Made by a program: the position numbers and the translations under genes. This document shows, in pieces, positions 1 through 10,801 of a stretch of 32,000 nt of DNA (the first letter of the stretch is position 1; the number at the start of each line of letters is the position of its first letter). The stretch comes from Escherichia coli (lineage in GTDB: Bacteria; Pseudomonadota; Gammaproteobacteria; Enterobacterales; Enterobacteriaceae), in NCBI RefSeq assembly GCF_024700815.2, contig NZ_CP117013.1. One strand, given 5' to 3'. The notes under the pieces are model-generated. The model made no database searches, was not told the origin of the DNA, and was given only the letters and a program-made list of their open reading frames with translations.

Positions 1-1244
1 AATTATCCACGGTCTGCGACAACCAACACCGCTGGCCGCTGATGCAGGGTGATTATCTCTCCAGCCTGATTCTGGCGATTTACGCCCTGCGTAATCAACT
101 GACCGATGAGTGGCCGCAATATCCCGGTGACGAGATAAAACAAATCGTTGAATATAGCGGCCTGTTTCTTGGTGATAACGCTGTAAGAACCCTGACGGGT
201 TTGATAGAGAAACAGCATCAGCAAGCACAGGTAATTTCTGCCGATAATGTGCAGGGGGTGCTGCAAAGGGTGCCGGGCATTGCGTCATTGAATATTATTG
301 ATACGCAACTGGTTGAGAATATTACCGGGCATTTATTACGTTGCCTTGCCGCGCCGGTGTGGATTGGTGAGCACCGCCAAAGCAGCATGAATAACCTGAA
401 AGCCGCCTGGCCTGCGGCCTTTGATATGAGTCTGCACTTTATTACGCTACTGCGTGAACAACTCGATATTCCCCTTTTCGACAGCGATCTGATCGGTTTG
501 TATTTTGCCTGTGCGCTGGAACGGCATCAAAACGAACGCCAGCCGATCATTTTGCTCTCTGATCAGAACGCGATTGCCACTATTAATCAGCTCGCCATTG
601 AGCGCGATGTTTTAAATTGTCGGGTGATTATTGCCCGTAGCTTAAGCGAACTTGTTGCCATTCGCGAAGAGATTGAGCCGTTATTGATCATTAACAACAG
701 CCATTATTTACTGGATGACACGGTAAATAATTGCATCACCGTAAAAAATATCATTACGGCTGCCGGTATCGAACAAATAAAACATTTTCTGGCGACGGCA
801 TTTATTCGCCAGCAACCGGAGCGTTTTTTCTCTACCCCCGGAAGTTTTCATTATTCGAATGTACGCGGTGAAAGCTGGCAACATATTACCCGGCAAATTT
901 GTGCGCAATTAGTCGCACAACACCATATTACCGCCGATGAAGCACAACGGATCATCGCCCGCGAAAGCGAAGGCGAAAACCTGATTGTTAATCGTCTCAC
1001 CATCCCACATTGCTGGAGCGAACAGGAACGACGTTTTCGTGGATTTTTTATTACCCTCGCCCAACCGGTTGAGGTGAATAACGAAGTAGTTAACCATGTC
1101 TTGATCGCCTGCGCCGCCGCCGATGCACGTCATGAGCTAAAAATATTTAGCTATCTGGCAAGCGTATTGTGTCAGCATCCGGCAGAGGTTATTGCCGGGT
1201 TAACAGGATATGAGGCATTTATGGAGTTACTTCACAAGGGGTGA
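1..1244 (+). CDS. frvR: BglG-type PRD/EIIA-domain transcriptional regulator FrvR, 5' end outside the window
   Basis: Frame 3 is open from the window edge to the stop at 1244; protein recalled as FrvR, C-terminal EIIA-like domain. Confidence 0.85.
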   Translation, partial: LSTVCDNQHRWPLMQGDYLSSLILAIYALRNQLTDEWPQYPGDEIKQIVEYSGLFLGDNAVRTLTGLIEKQHQQAQVISADNVQGVLQRVPGIASLNIIDTQLVENITGHLLRCLAAPVWIGEHRQSSMNNLKAAWPAAFDMSLHFITLLREQLDIPLFDSDLIGLYFACALERHQNERQPIILLSDQNAIATINQLAIERDVLNCRVIIARSLSELVAIREEIEPLLIINNSHYLLDDTVNNCITVKNIITAAGIEQIKHFLATAFIRQQPERFFSTPGSFHYSNVRGESWQHITRQICAQLVAQHHITADEAQRIIARESEGENLIVNRLTIPHCWSEQERRFRGFFITLAQPVEVNNEVVNHVLIACAAADARHELKIFSYLASVLCQHPAEVIAGLTGYEAFMELLHKG

Positions 1245-1247
1245 ACT

Positions 1248-1272
1248 GTGTCGGATGCGCCGCATCCGACAC
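1248..1272. repeat. REP-like/terminator inverted repeat between convergent frvR and yiiG
   Basis: GTGTCGGATGCG-C-CGCATCCGACAC, 12-bp perfect arms. Confidence 0.7.
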
Positions 1273-1299
1273 TGCATTTATCACCAAAATCAAAAACGT

Positions 1300-1980
1300 T
1301 TAACGCAGGCTATTATAGTCATCGACCATTTCGTTGTACTCGCGTAACGCTCGCGGAAATGAGTCGTCGACCATCCAGATTGAGTTTGCGTCCTGAAGTT
1401 GCTCTTTATCCCAGTCAGAGTACAGGACTTTATCTCTGATGCGGCGAACGTATTTTTTAGCCTCGAGTTGATACTGGCTTGCCGAATTAATAAACGAGAA
1501 ATTCATGCCGCTTTTATCCGCTTCTTTGGCTTGCGCCACCAGCGTTTCCAGTTCAGACACTTTCTTCATTGCCGCTTCTGCATCAAACTTATTTTGCGAT
1601 ATCAGGTTATTAATTTGTTTCGCTGAAATCATGACTGCCAGAGAGTAGTAGTGGAATGTTTTCCCTTCTCTTTCTTCAATATTTTTCAATTCCGCAAGCT
1701 GGCGCTTATCGTTAATTTCCTGAATCGCCGCATGATAAGATTCTGCTACAGGTTCAAAGGCTTCAAGATTTTTTAAGAATGTCTGGTGCAGCGTTTTCCC
1801 TTTCGCAAACGCATCGTCTTTATAATTTTCCTGGGTGTAATATTTATCCATTTCGTTAATGGTATTACCCAACGCCACGGCAGCATCAATATAACTCACC
1901 GCCACGCCATCAATAGGTTGCAGCGCAGGCGTTAACGCCACTACACGCGTTTTGTTTATAAATAAAATAATAAAATTCAC
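1300..1980 (-). pseudogene. yiiG: YiiG C-terminal part (DUF3829-like) lacking its lipoprotein signal N-terminus
   Basis: 226-aa ORF resembles the C-terminal region of YiiG (about 351 aa as recalled). The first codons (MNFIILFINKTRVV) read through AT-rich sequence and no lipobox is present. Confidence 0.65.
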
Positions 1981-1986
1981 GAAATG

Positions 1987-2025
1987 AATAAGTCCTGCAA
2001 TTTAATATATATCGCAGGACTTATT
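1987..2025. terminator. Hairpin terminator downstream of fdhD
   Basis: AATAAGTCCTGC ... GCAGGACTTATT, 12-bp perfect arms with 15-nt loop; immediately 3' of the fdhD stop. Confidence 0.65.
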
Positions 2026-2029
2026 TTAA

Positions 2030-2863
2030 TTAATTGCTCAAACGCTGCGGATGGGTATAAACCGTTGCCCGACCCGGTTTACAAAAGCCCACCAGCGTCA
2101 AATTACAGCGTTCAGCCACTTCTACAGCAAGCGTGGTCGCGGCAGACACCGCAAACAAAATCTCTACGCCGCACATCGCCGACTTTTGCACCATTTCATA
2201 ACTGGCACGACTGGAAACCAGTACCGCACCTTGCTGCCAGCTTTCCCCTTCTTGTGACCGGCGGCCTAACAGTTTGTCCAGCGCCACATGGCGACCCACG
2301 TCTTCATGCCCGCCGACCAGTTCGCCAGATGGCAACATCCAGGCGGCGGCGTGAGTACAACCGGTCAGTTGCCCCACTGGCTGGAAATCATTGAGATGAC
2401 GTAATGCATCATCCAGTTTGTTGAGATCAAACGTCTGGGTGAACGGTAGCGGCTGCACCGGTTTTCCGATGTCATTAAGTTGCTCCACGCCGCACACGCC
2501 ACATCCCGTACGTCCCGCCAGTGCCCGGCGACGCTCCTTCAACCCCATAAAGCGGCGGCTGGAAAGCTCAATTTGCACTTCCAGACCATTACAGGAAGGA
2601 ACGACATCCATACCGAAGATATCGCGTGGACTTTCGATTATCCCCTCGGAAAGCGAAAAACCGAGCGCAAAGTACTCAAGGTCTTTGGGTGACGCCATCA
2701 TCACTACATGCGAAATGCCGTTGTAGACCAGCGCAACGGGAACCTCTTCCGCCACCTCATCTAACCGTGGGTGTTGTAAATCATCACGCCGCCATAACTC
2801 AATTTGACGAACACCTGTGACATTTGTCACATTTTCGATTTCTTTTTGCTGTGTTTTTTTCAC
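2030..2863 (-). CDS. fdhD: Formate dehydrogenase accessory sulfurtransferase FdhD
   Basis: 277-aa ORF, GCGVCG motif, divergent from fdoG. Confidence 0.97.
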   Translation of the reverse strand: MKKTQQKEIENVTNVTGVRQIELWRRDDLQHPRLDEVAEEVPVALVYNGISHVVMMASPKDLEYFALGFSLSEGIIESPRDIFGMDVVPSCNGLEVQIELSSRRFMGLKERRRALAGRTGCGVCGVEQLNDIGKPVQPLPFTQTFDLNKLDDALRHLNDFQPVGQLTGCTHAAAWMLPSGELVGGHEDVGRHVALDKLLGRRSQEGESWQQGAVLVSSRASYEMVQKSAMCGVEILFAVSAATTLAVEVAERCNLTLVGFCKPGRATVYTHPQRLSN

Positions 2864-3056
2864 TTTCTCTTAACCAGATAAGAACACACACACCAACATT
2901 ATGGTATTCTGTTACAAACCCTTCCTGGATGGAGGGAAATTGAGCCAATTCTGGACCTTTGCGGCCCCTTCCGCAAAGAAAAATAACTCCCACTCCCTGC
3001 ACACGCAGCAAGCGAATGTAAATGGGACGTGACAATGTCGAAACAAGGAGCAATCC

Positions 3057-6000
3057 ATGCAGGTCAGCAGAAGGCAGTTCTTTAAGATCTGCGCTGGCGG
3101 TATGGCAGGCACCACGGCAGCGGCACTGGGTTTTGCACCCAGCGTAGCACTCGCGGAAACTCGGCAGTATAAACTGCTGCGCACCCGCGAAACCCGTAAT
3201 ACCTGCACCTATTGTTCCGTAGGCTGTGGGCTGTTGATGTACAGCCTCGGTGACGGAGCAAAAAACGCCAAAGCATCTATCTTCCATATCGAAGGCGATC
3301 CGGATCACCCGGTCAACCGCGGTGCACTTTGTCCGAAAGGCGCTGGCCTGGTGGATTTCATCCACTCCGAAAGCCGTCTGAAGTTTCCGGAATACCGTGC
3401 GCCAGGTTCTGATAAATGGCAGCAAATCAGTTGGGAAGAGGCGTTTGATCGCATCGCCAAACTGATGAAAGAAGACCGCGATGCTAACTACATTGCGCAA
3501 AACGCCGAAGGCGTGACTGTTAACCGCTGGCTCTCCACCGGGATGCTGTGTGCTTCCGCGTCGAGTAACGAAACCGGCTATTTAACGCAAAAATTCTCCC
3601 GCGCGCTGGGTATGCTCGCGGTCGACAACCAGGCGCGTGTCTGACACGGACCAACGGTAGCAAGTCTTGCTCCAACATTTGGTCGCGGTGCGATGACCAA
3701 CCACTGGGTCGACATCAAGAATGCCAACCTCGTCGTGGTGATGGGCGGTAACGCCGCTGAAGCTCACCCGGTCGGGTTCCGCTGGGCGATGGAAGCCAAA
3801 ATTCACAATGGCGCGAAGCTGATTGTGATCGATCCTCGCTTTACGCGTACGGCGGCGGTGGCTGACTACTATGCCCCTATTCGTTCCGGTACTGACATTG
3901 CTTTCCTGTCAGGCGTATTGCTGTACCTGCTGAACAATGAAAAATTCAACCGCGAATATACCGAAGCCTATACCAACGCCAGCCTGATCGTGCGTGAGGA
4001 TTACGGCTTTGAAGATGGCCTGTTCACCGGCTATGACGCGGAAAAACGCAAGTACGATAAATCCTCCTGGACTTACGAACTGGACGAAAACGGCTTCGCC
4101 AAACGCGATACCACGCTGCAACATCCGCGCTGCGTGTGGAACTTGCTGAAACAGCACGTTTCCCGCTACACGCCAGATGTGGTTGAAAACATCTGTGGTA
4201 CGCCAAAAGACGCGTTCCTGAAAGTCTGCGAATACATCGCCGAAACCAGTGCTCACGATAAAACTGCCTCGTTCCTGTATGCCCTCGGCTGGACGCAACA
4301 CTCTGTTGGTGCGCAAAACATTCGTACGATGGCGATGATCCAGCTGCTGCTCGGCAATATGGGGATGGCAGGCGGCGGCGTTAACGCCCTGCGCGGTCAC
4401 TCCAATATTCAGGGGCTGACGGACCTGGGGCTGCTGTCGCAGAGCCTGCCGGGTTACATGACGCTGCCGAGCGAGAAGCAGACCGATCTGCAAACCTACC
4501 TTACCGCCAACACGCCAAAACCGCTGCTGGAAGGCCAGGTAAACTACTGGGGCAACTACCCGAAATTCTTCGTCTCCATGATGAAGGCCTTCTTTGGTGA
4601 TAAAGCGACGGCGGAAAATAGCTGGGGCTTTGACTGGTTGCCGAAGTGGGATAAAGGCTACGACGTCCTGCAATACTTCGAGATGATGAAAGAGGGCAAG
4701 GTCAATGGCTATATCTGCCAGGGCTTTAACCCTGTTGCCTCATTCCCGAACAAAAACAAAGTGATCGGTTGTCTGTCGAAACTGAAGTTCCTCGTCACCA
4801 TCGACCCGCTGAACACTGAAACCTCTAACTTCTGGCAGAACCACGGTGAGCTGAACGAAGTTGACTCGTCGAAGATCCAGACCGAAGTGTTCCGTCTGCC
4901 ATCGACCTGCTTCGCGGAAGAGAACGGTTCAATCGTTAACTCCGGTCGCTGGTTACAGTGGCACTGGAAAGGTGCGGACGCCCCGGGGATTGCGCTGACT
5001 GACGGCGAGATCCTCTCCGGTATCTTCCTGCGCTTGCGCAAGATGTATGCCGAACAGGGTGGCGCGAACCCGGACCAGGTGCTGAACATGACATGGAACT
5101 ACGCCATTCCGCATGAGCCATCTTCAGAAGAAGTGGCGATGGAGAGCAACGGTAAGGCGCTGGCCGATATTACCGATCCGGCAACCGGGGCGGTTATCGT
5201 CAAGAAAGGCCAACAACTTAGCTCGTTTGCCCAACTGCGCGATGACGGTACAACCTCCTGTGGCTGCTGGATTTTCGCCGGTAGCTGGACGCCGGAAGGC
5301 AACCAGATGGCGCGTCGTGATAACGCCGATCCGTCTGGCCTCGGTAACACGCTGGGCTGGGCATGGGCATGGCCGCTTAACCGCCGCATTCTGTATAACC
5401 GCGCCTCCGCAGATCCGCAGGGTAACCCGTGGGATCCGAAGCGTCAGTTGCTGAAATGGGACGGCACTAAGTGGACCGGCTGGGATATTCCGGACTACAG
5501 CGCAGCGCCTCCGGGCAGCGGTGTTGGGCCGTTTATCATGCAGCAGGAAGGCATGGGGCGTCTGTTTGCCCTCGATAAGATGGCGGAAGGTCCGTTCCCG
5601 GAACACTACGAGCCGTTTGAAACGCCGCTGGGAACTAACCCGCTGCATCCAAACGTTATCTCGAACCCGGCTGCACGTATCTTTAAAGACGACGCCGAAG
5701 CGTTGGGTAAAGCCGATAAGTTCCCGTATGTCGGAACCACCTATCGTCTGACCGAGCACTTCCACTACTGGACCAAACACGCGCTGTTGAACGCGATTTT
5801 GCAACCAGAGCAGTTTGTGGAAATCGGTGAGTCGCTGGCGAATAAACTTGGCATTGCCCAGGGCGATACCGTGAAAGTCTCCTCCAACCGTGGCTATATC
5901 AAAGCCAAAGCGGTGGTGACCAAACGTATTCGCACGCTGAAAGCGAACGGCAAAGATATCGATACCATCGGTATTCCGATTCACTGGGGCTATGAAGGTG

Positions 6001-6107
6001 TTGCGAAAAAAGGCTTTATTGCCAATACGTTAACGCCATTCGTTGGTGATGCGAACACGCAGACGCCAGAGTTTAAGTCCTTCCTTGTGAATGTGGAAAA
6101 GGTGTAA
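3057..6107 (+). CDS. fdoG: Formate dehydrogenase-O major subunit, selenoprotein, TAT signal, with in-frame TGA (Sec)
   Basis: ORF 3057..3644 ends in TGA at 3642-3644 and the same frame stays open to 6107. N-terminus SRRQFFKICAGG is a twin-arginine signal; context ...NQARV-U-HGPTVASLAPTFGRGAMT. Confidence 0.97.
3642..3690 (+). promoter_or_regulatory. Bacterial SECIS element of fdoG
   Basis: TGA followed by a compact hairpin around GGTAGCAAGTCTTGCTCC, typical of fdnG/fdoG/fdhF. Confidence 0.8.
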
Positions 6108-6119
6108 CGGAGACGACAT

Positions 6120-7022
6120 ATGGCTTATCAATCGCAAGATATCATTCGTCGTTCCGCGACTAACGGTCTGACCCCCGCGCCTCAGGCGCGGGACTTCCAG
6201 GAAGAAGTGGCGAAACTCATCGACGTCACCACCTGTATCGGCTGTAAAGCCTGTCAGGTGGCGTGTTCAGAGTGGAACGACATTCGCGATACCGTCGGCA
6301 ATAACATTGGGGTGTACGACAACCCCAATGATTTAAGTGCCAAATCGTGGACGGTGATGCGCTTCTCGGAAGTGGAACAGAACGACAAACTGGAATGGCT
6401 GATCCGCAAAGACGGCTGTATGCACTGTTCCGATCCAGGCTGCCTGAAAGCGTGCCCGGCGGAAGGAGCAATTATTCAGTATGCCAACGGTATCGTCGAC
6501 TTCCAGTCCGAGCAGTGCATCGGCTGCGGTTATTGCATTGCGGGCTGTCCGTTCGACATTCCGCGCCTCAACCCGGAAGACAACCGCGTCTACAAATGTA
6601 CGCTGTGCGTTGACCGCGTGGTGGTTGGGCAAGAACCGGCCTGCGTGAAGACCTGCCCAACGGGCGCGATTCACTTCGGTACGAAAGAGTCGATGAAAAC
6701 GCTGGCGAGCGAGCGCGTGGCGGAGCTGAAAACTCGCGGTTACGACAATGCGGGTCTGTACGATCCGGCAGGCGTTGGTGGTACACACGTTATGTACGTG
6801 CTGCACCATGCTGACAAGCCAAATCTGTATCATGGCTTGCCGGAGAACCCGGAAATCAGCGAAACCGTGAAATTCTGGAAAGGCATCTGGAAACCGCTCG
6901 CAGCTGTTGGCTTTGCGGCTACCTTCGCGGCCAGTATCTTCCACTACGTGGGTGTCGGTCCGAACCGTGCGGATGAGGAAGAGAATAATCTGCACGAAGA
7001 GAAAGACGAGGAGCGCAAATGA
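6120..7022 (+). CDS. fdoH: Formate dehydrogenase-O iron-sulfur (beta) subunit
   Basis: 300 aa; multiple ferredoxin Cys clusters ([34 protein letters not shown]). Confidence 0.97.
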
Positions 7023-7654
7023 AACGACGTGACACCATCGTGCGCTACACCGCGCCGGAACGTATCAACCACTGGATCACCGCCTTCTGCTTCATCCTGG
7101 CGGCGGTGAGCGGGCTTGGCTTTTTGTTCCCGTCCTTCAACTGGTTGATGCAAATCATGGGCACACCGCAGCTGGCGCGAATTCTGCACCCGTTTGTCGG
7201 CGTGGTTATGTTTGCCTCGTTCATCATCATGTTTTTCCGTTACTGGCATCACAACCTAATCAATCGGGATGATATCTTTTGGGCGAAGAATATTCGTAAG
7301 ATCGTCGTCAACGAGGAAGTAGGTGACACCGGGCGTTATAACTTCGGTCAGAAATGCGTTTTCTGGGCGGCGATTATTTTCCTGGTTCTGCTGCTGGTGA
7401 GCGGCGTGATTATCTGGCGTCCTTATTTTGCGCCTGCTTTCTCAATCCCGGTGATCCGATTCGCGTTAATGCTGCATTCATTTGCCGCAGTGGCGTTAAT
7501 TGTGGTTATCATGGTGCATATCTACGCCGCCCTTTGGGTGAAAGGCACGATTACCGCCATGGTGGAAGGATGGGTTACCAGCGCCTGGGCGAAGAAACAT
7601 CACCCGCGCTGGTACCGTGAGGTCCGCAAGACAACGGAAAAGAAAGCTGAATGA
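7019..7654 (+). CDS. fdoI: Formate dehydrogenase-O cytochrome b556 (gamma) subunit
   Basis: 211 aa multi-TM, overlaps the fdoH stop by 4 nt. Confidence 0.97.
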
Positions 7655-8580
7655 GTATTCGCATAATCCCGCAAGATGAGCTGGGTTCGAGCGAGAAACG
7701 TACGGCGGATATGATTCCGCCGTTATTGTTCCCTCGGCTCAAGAATTTATACCACCGCCGCGCCGAGCGTCTGCGCGAGCTGGCAGAAAATAATCCGCTG
7801 GGTGATTACCTGCGCTTTGCTGCGCTTATCGCCCACGCCCAGGAAGTGGTGCTGTACGACCATCCGCTGGAGATGGATCTGACTGCACGAATTAAAGAAG
7901 CCAGCGCACAAGGCAAGCCCCCGCTGGATATTCACGTTCTGCCGCGTGATAAGCACTGGCAAAAGCTGCTGATGGCGCTAATTGCTGAGCTTAAACCTGA
8001 AATGAGCGGCCCGGCGCTGGCAGTGATTGAGAATCTGGAGAAGGCATCAACTCAGGAGCTGGAAGATATGGCCAGCGCACTGTTTGCCTCTGATTTCTCA
8101 TCCGTCAGTAGCGATAAAGCGCCGTTTATCTGGGCTGCACTGTCGCTCTACTGGGCGCAGATGGCCAATCTGATCCCCGGCAAAGCCCGCGCTGAATACG
8201 GCGAACAACGTCAATATTGCCCGGTATGTGGCTCTATGCCGGTGTCCAGCATGGTGCAAATTGGCACCACTCAGGGGCTGCGTTACCTGCACTGCAACCT
8301 GTGTGAAACCGAATGGCACGTAGTGCGCGTAAAATGCAGCAACTGCGAGCAGAGCGGCAAACTGCATTACTGGTCGCTGGATGACGAACAGGCCGCGATT
8401 AAAGCCGAAAGCTGCGATGACTGCGGCACTTACCTGAAGATTCTTTATCAGGAAAAAGAACCGAAAGTTGAAGCCGTGGCAGATGACCTCGCCTCTCTGG
8501 TACTGGACGCGCGAATGGAGCAAGAAGGCTACGCCCGCAGTTCCATCAACCCGTTCCTGTTTCCGGGTGAAGGAGAGTAA
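7651..8580 (+). CDS. fdhE: Formate dehydrogenase accessory protein FdhE
   Basis: 309 aa with [24 protein letters not shown] and CDDCGTY zinc-ribbon motifs. Confidence 0.97.
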   Translation: MSIRIIPQDELGSSEKRTADMIPPLLFPRLKNLYHRRAERLRELAENNPLGDYLRFAALIAHAQEVVLYDHPLEMDLTARIKEASAQGKPPLDIHVLPRDKHWQKLLMALIAELKPEMSGPALAVIENLEKASTQELEDMASALFASDFSSVSSDKAPFIWAALSLYWAQMANLIPGKARAEYGEQRQYCPVCGSMPVSSMVQIGTTQGLRYLHCNLCETEWHVVRVKCSNCEQSGKLHYWSLDDEQAAIKAESCDDCGTYLKILYQEKEPKVEAVADDLASLVLDARMEQEGYARSSINPFLFPGEGE

Positions 8581-8629
8581 TCTCTGACGTTTTCCGGGTG
8601 GCGCAGGTCGCCCGGATTACAGTTCATAG

Positions 8630-8766
8630 GGTGTGACGACACCATCTCTCTTATTCCGCGTTACCACCTCAAGCTATGCTGCCAGTGCCTGTTTTGCCTC
8701 AATTTTCACACTGAACAAATCGATAACAATATCGATATCAAATAGCCAAATCTTTTTGCCATTACC
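8630..8766 (-). pseudogene. Possible remnant of a PIN/VapC-like toxin downstream of yiiF
   Basis: Reading from the yiiF stop in a shifted frame gives [30 protein letters not shown], followed by degenerate sequence. Confidence 0.35.
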
Positions 8767-8980
8767 ATTCCTCGCGCAGCTTACGCTGGTATTCGACACC
8801 ATCTTCCTCACTCCCTTGCCAGATGCCAAAAGCACTGGCTCTTGCTGTTTGCGATTGATTTACCAGGTATTGATCTACCGCTTCCCGTAATAGCTCCGCA
8901 CGAGGAAGATTACGCTGCACCTCGAGATCATCAAGTTGCTTAAACAACTCATTCGATAAATTGAGTAAAATTCTGCCCAT
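8762..8980 (-). CDS. yiiF: Ribbon-helix-helix (CopG-like) protein YiiF
   Basis: [39 protein letters not shown]; recalled as YiiF. Confidence 0.9.
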   Translation of the reverse strand: MGRILLNLSNELFKQLDDLEVQRNLPRAELLREAVDQYLVNQSQTARASAFGIWQGSEEDGVEYQRKLREEW

Positions 8981-9222
8981 ATCTATACCTGCCAGAGAGT
9001 TCATAAATATCTCGCCAATATCATTTTTGAATCTATGGAGAGAAAAGTACCCTTGCCGAATCTTTAAAGAAAGCGCATTTACGCATCATTTTTTATTTTT
9101 GCGAGGCGTTTTCCAGATATGATGTAACAGTTGCAGTTATTATAAGTTCAAGTAAAACAGCCTTGTATTAATACCAGAATAAGGGCATCTGTTTTTTTAT
9201 ATTCAAGAATGAAAAATTTTTG

Positions 9223-9441
9223 TCATTCCTTATGCTCCTTACACTGATCATCAACACCAACTACCTCCCCCTTTTGCCTGCCTCCCTTTGCTTTACGCAC
9301 CGGGAATTGCTGACGCTCCAGATATTGCTCTACCGCTTCGCGTAAAATTGCAGATCGTGAAACCTTACGCCAGCCCCGAAGCTTGTTCAGCCGTTTAATT
9401 GCCTCTTCTGATAAATGAAGAAAAACCGTATTCATCGCCAT
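9223..9441 (-). CDS. yiiE: Ribbon-helix-helix (CopG-like) protein YiiE
   Basis: MAMNTVFLHLSEEAIKRLNKLRGWRKVSRSAILREAVEQYLERQ; recalled as YiiE. Confidence 0.9.
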   Translation of the reverse strand: MAMNTVFLHLSEEAIKRLNKLRGWRKVSRSAILREAVEQYLERQQFPVRKAKGGRQKGEVVGVDDQCKEHKE

Positions 9442-9859
9442 TACCACCACCTTACATATATTACTCATTAATGTATGTGCGAAAATTACGCCGGAAAATC
9501 ATTTAAAAAAAGCGGATTTTTGCATGTCGTTTTGTTTTTGCGAGACGGCATCCAAAGATAATGTAACAGTTGCAGTTATTTCAATTGTTACTCAAAAATG
9601 GTTTAGTAATAACCCAGGATGGTTTATTACTTTTAATTAAGCGGGGACACATCTACAGAAAAGAAACAACAAATAATAAGGATGAATTATGGGTGCTATA
9701 AATATTTTATATTCAAGAATATTTTTTTGATTGGGTGTTCATTTGCTTCATCAGGATGGTGTACCCGAAAAAGTCAGCAGCTTTACCGCACCAGGGTTTA
9801 AGGTGAAATCTACCATTCATAACTGACCGGTCAGTGCCGCACCAACCGGTCTTTAATTG

Positions 9860-10138
9860 TTAGTAGTAGTAAATTTGTGGATAACAGTCCGGGAACCAGA
9901 CGATTCCTTCTGGATCATCCCCCTGCATTACCCGATGACATTGGCGTCGATCATCTGCGCGACGGCGAAGCGTAGTATAGAGCCGCTTCCATTCATGATC
10001 GCCCGGTGTACTGTAGTTTACCCAACAATCCATTGAAGGGTGACGCCATTTACCTGTAAGTGTTGGGATCCCTGAATGATTATGTGGCTTCGCTTTACCA
10101 TTACGATCCCTATCTTTACGCGTATTAAGCGTGGACAT
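9860..10138 (-). CDS. Small basic hypothetical protein (92 aa)
   Basis: Intact ORF with AGGAG about 9 nt upstream of the ATG (AACAGGAGACTAAAAATG). Confidence 0.55.
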   Translation of the reverse strand: MSTLNTRKDRDRNGKAKPHNHSGIPTLTGKWRHPSMDCWVNYSTPGDHEWKRLYTTLRRRADDRRQCHRVMQGDDPEGIVWFPDCYPQIYYY

Positions 10139-10199
10139 TTTTAGTCTCCTGTTAAGAGTTCTAAAAATGTGCTTCCTTAAAATAGTTCATCATTTTCCC

Positions 10200-10412
10200 T
10201 TAATTCGCATAGCGTGCTTTTGCACGAATTTCCGATACGCGGGGACCATTATGATAGCGTCGATGCCCACACATCCAACAAGAACAAATACAGGGAGTAC
10301 GAAAGCAAATACCTGATGCTTTTTTGCTTCCATCGCCTGCAGTGCGATAACGGCAGCGGATTTTTTTTAATCGCGCCATATGATGGCGACGTTCAGCACG
10401 ATTACGGGTCAT
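10200..10412 (-). CDS. Small Arg/Cys/His-rich hypothetical protein (70 aa)
   Basis: MTRNRAERRHHMARLKKIRCRYR...CICSCWMCGHRRYH; AGGAG 7 nt upstream of the ATG. Confidence 0.55.
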   Translation of the reverse strand: MTRNRAERRHHMARLKKIRCRYRTAGDGSKKASGICFRTPCICSCWMCGHRRYHNGPRVSEIRAKARYAN

Positions 10413-10417
10413 AGTAA

Positions 10418-10523
10418 AACTCCTGAGCAGGCGGCACTATGCCGCTTTCATAGGAGTTCTGAATGCTGGTGCTTTCTGTATGGCATAACCATGCCTCTAA
10501 CGGTTAAGTGCCTGCAGCACATG
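10418..10523 (-). repeat. Copy 1 of about 105-bp imperfect direct repeat containing an SD-sequestering hairpin
   Basis: AACTCCTGAGCAGGCGGCACTATGCCGCTTTCATAGGAGTTCTGAATGCTGGTGCTTTCTGTATGGC...; near-identical to 12237-12339. Confidence 0.85.
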
Positions 10524-10787
10524 TTGCGGATCATTGGCAATCGCTCGCAGCAAAGCCTTTGCAGGCCCAGTCGGTGAACGTCGCCCCTGCTCCCAGTTAC
10601 GCAACGTGTCTACGCTTACGGAAATAAGTTCGGCAAATTTAGATTGTGACAACCCTGAAGCGCGGCGTATTTCTTTGATTTTCATAGCATCAACTTCAAA
10701 AGTCCGTGAAGGCTGTCGCGTTCCTTCAATAATTTCATTCATCTGGGCCATGCTGTGAGTCAACCGCTCAAAAAGTGCCTTATCCAT
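10497..10787 (-). CDS. XRE/HigA-type helix-turn-helix antitoxin
   Basis: 96 aa; MKIKEIRRASGLSQSKFAELISVSVDTLRNWEQGRRSPTGPAKALLRAI, typical of HigA-2/NadS-like antitoxins. Confidence 0.85.
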   Translation of the reverse strand: MDKALFERLTHSMAQMNEIIEGTRQPSRTFEVDAMKIKEIRRASGLSQSKFAELISVSVDTLRNWEQGRRSPTGPAKALLRAIANDPQHVLQALNR

Positions 10788-10801
10788 TTACCACCTCGTA
10801 T

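Noticed and set aside
1984-2394. 136-aa minus-strand ORF with signal-like start [18 protein letters not shown]
   Set aside because: Listed start and composition come from overlapping the fdhD C-terminal coding sequence in another frame or strand and the terminator hairpin; not a credible lipoprotein.
2799-3500. 233-aa minus-strand ORF overlapping the fdhD 5' end and fdoG 5' end
   Set aside because: Overlaps confidently assigned genes and the divergent promoter region; no recognised domain.
3909-4673. 254-aa minus-strand ORF within fdoG (also 5124..5984 and 6333..6995 opposite fdoG/fdoH)
   Set aside because: Shadow ORFs of strongly biased codons on the opposite strand of well established genes.
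9704-9870. Terminator-like GACCGGT...ACCGGTC (9825-9851) and a short ORF MGAINILYSRIFF
   Set aside because: Stem is only 7 bp with a long loop and the ORF is 13 codons; too weak to call.
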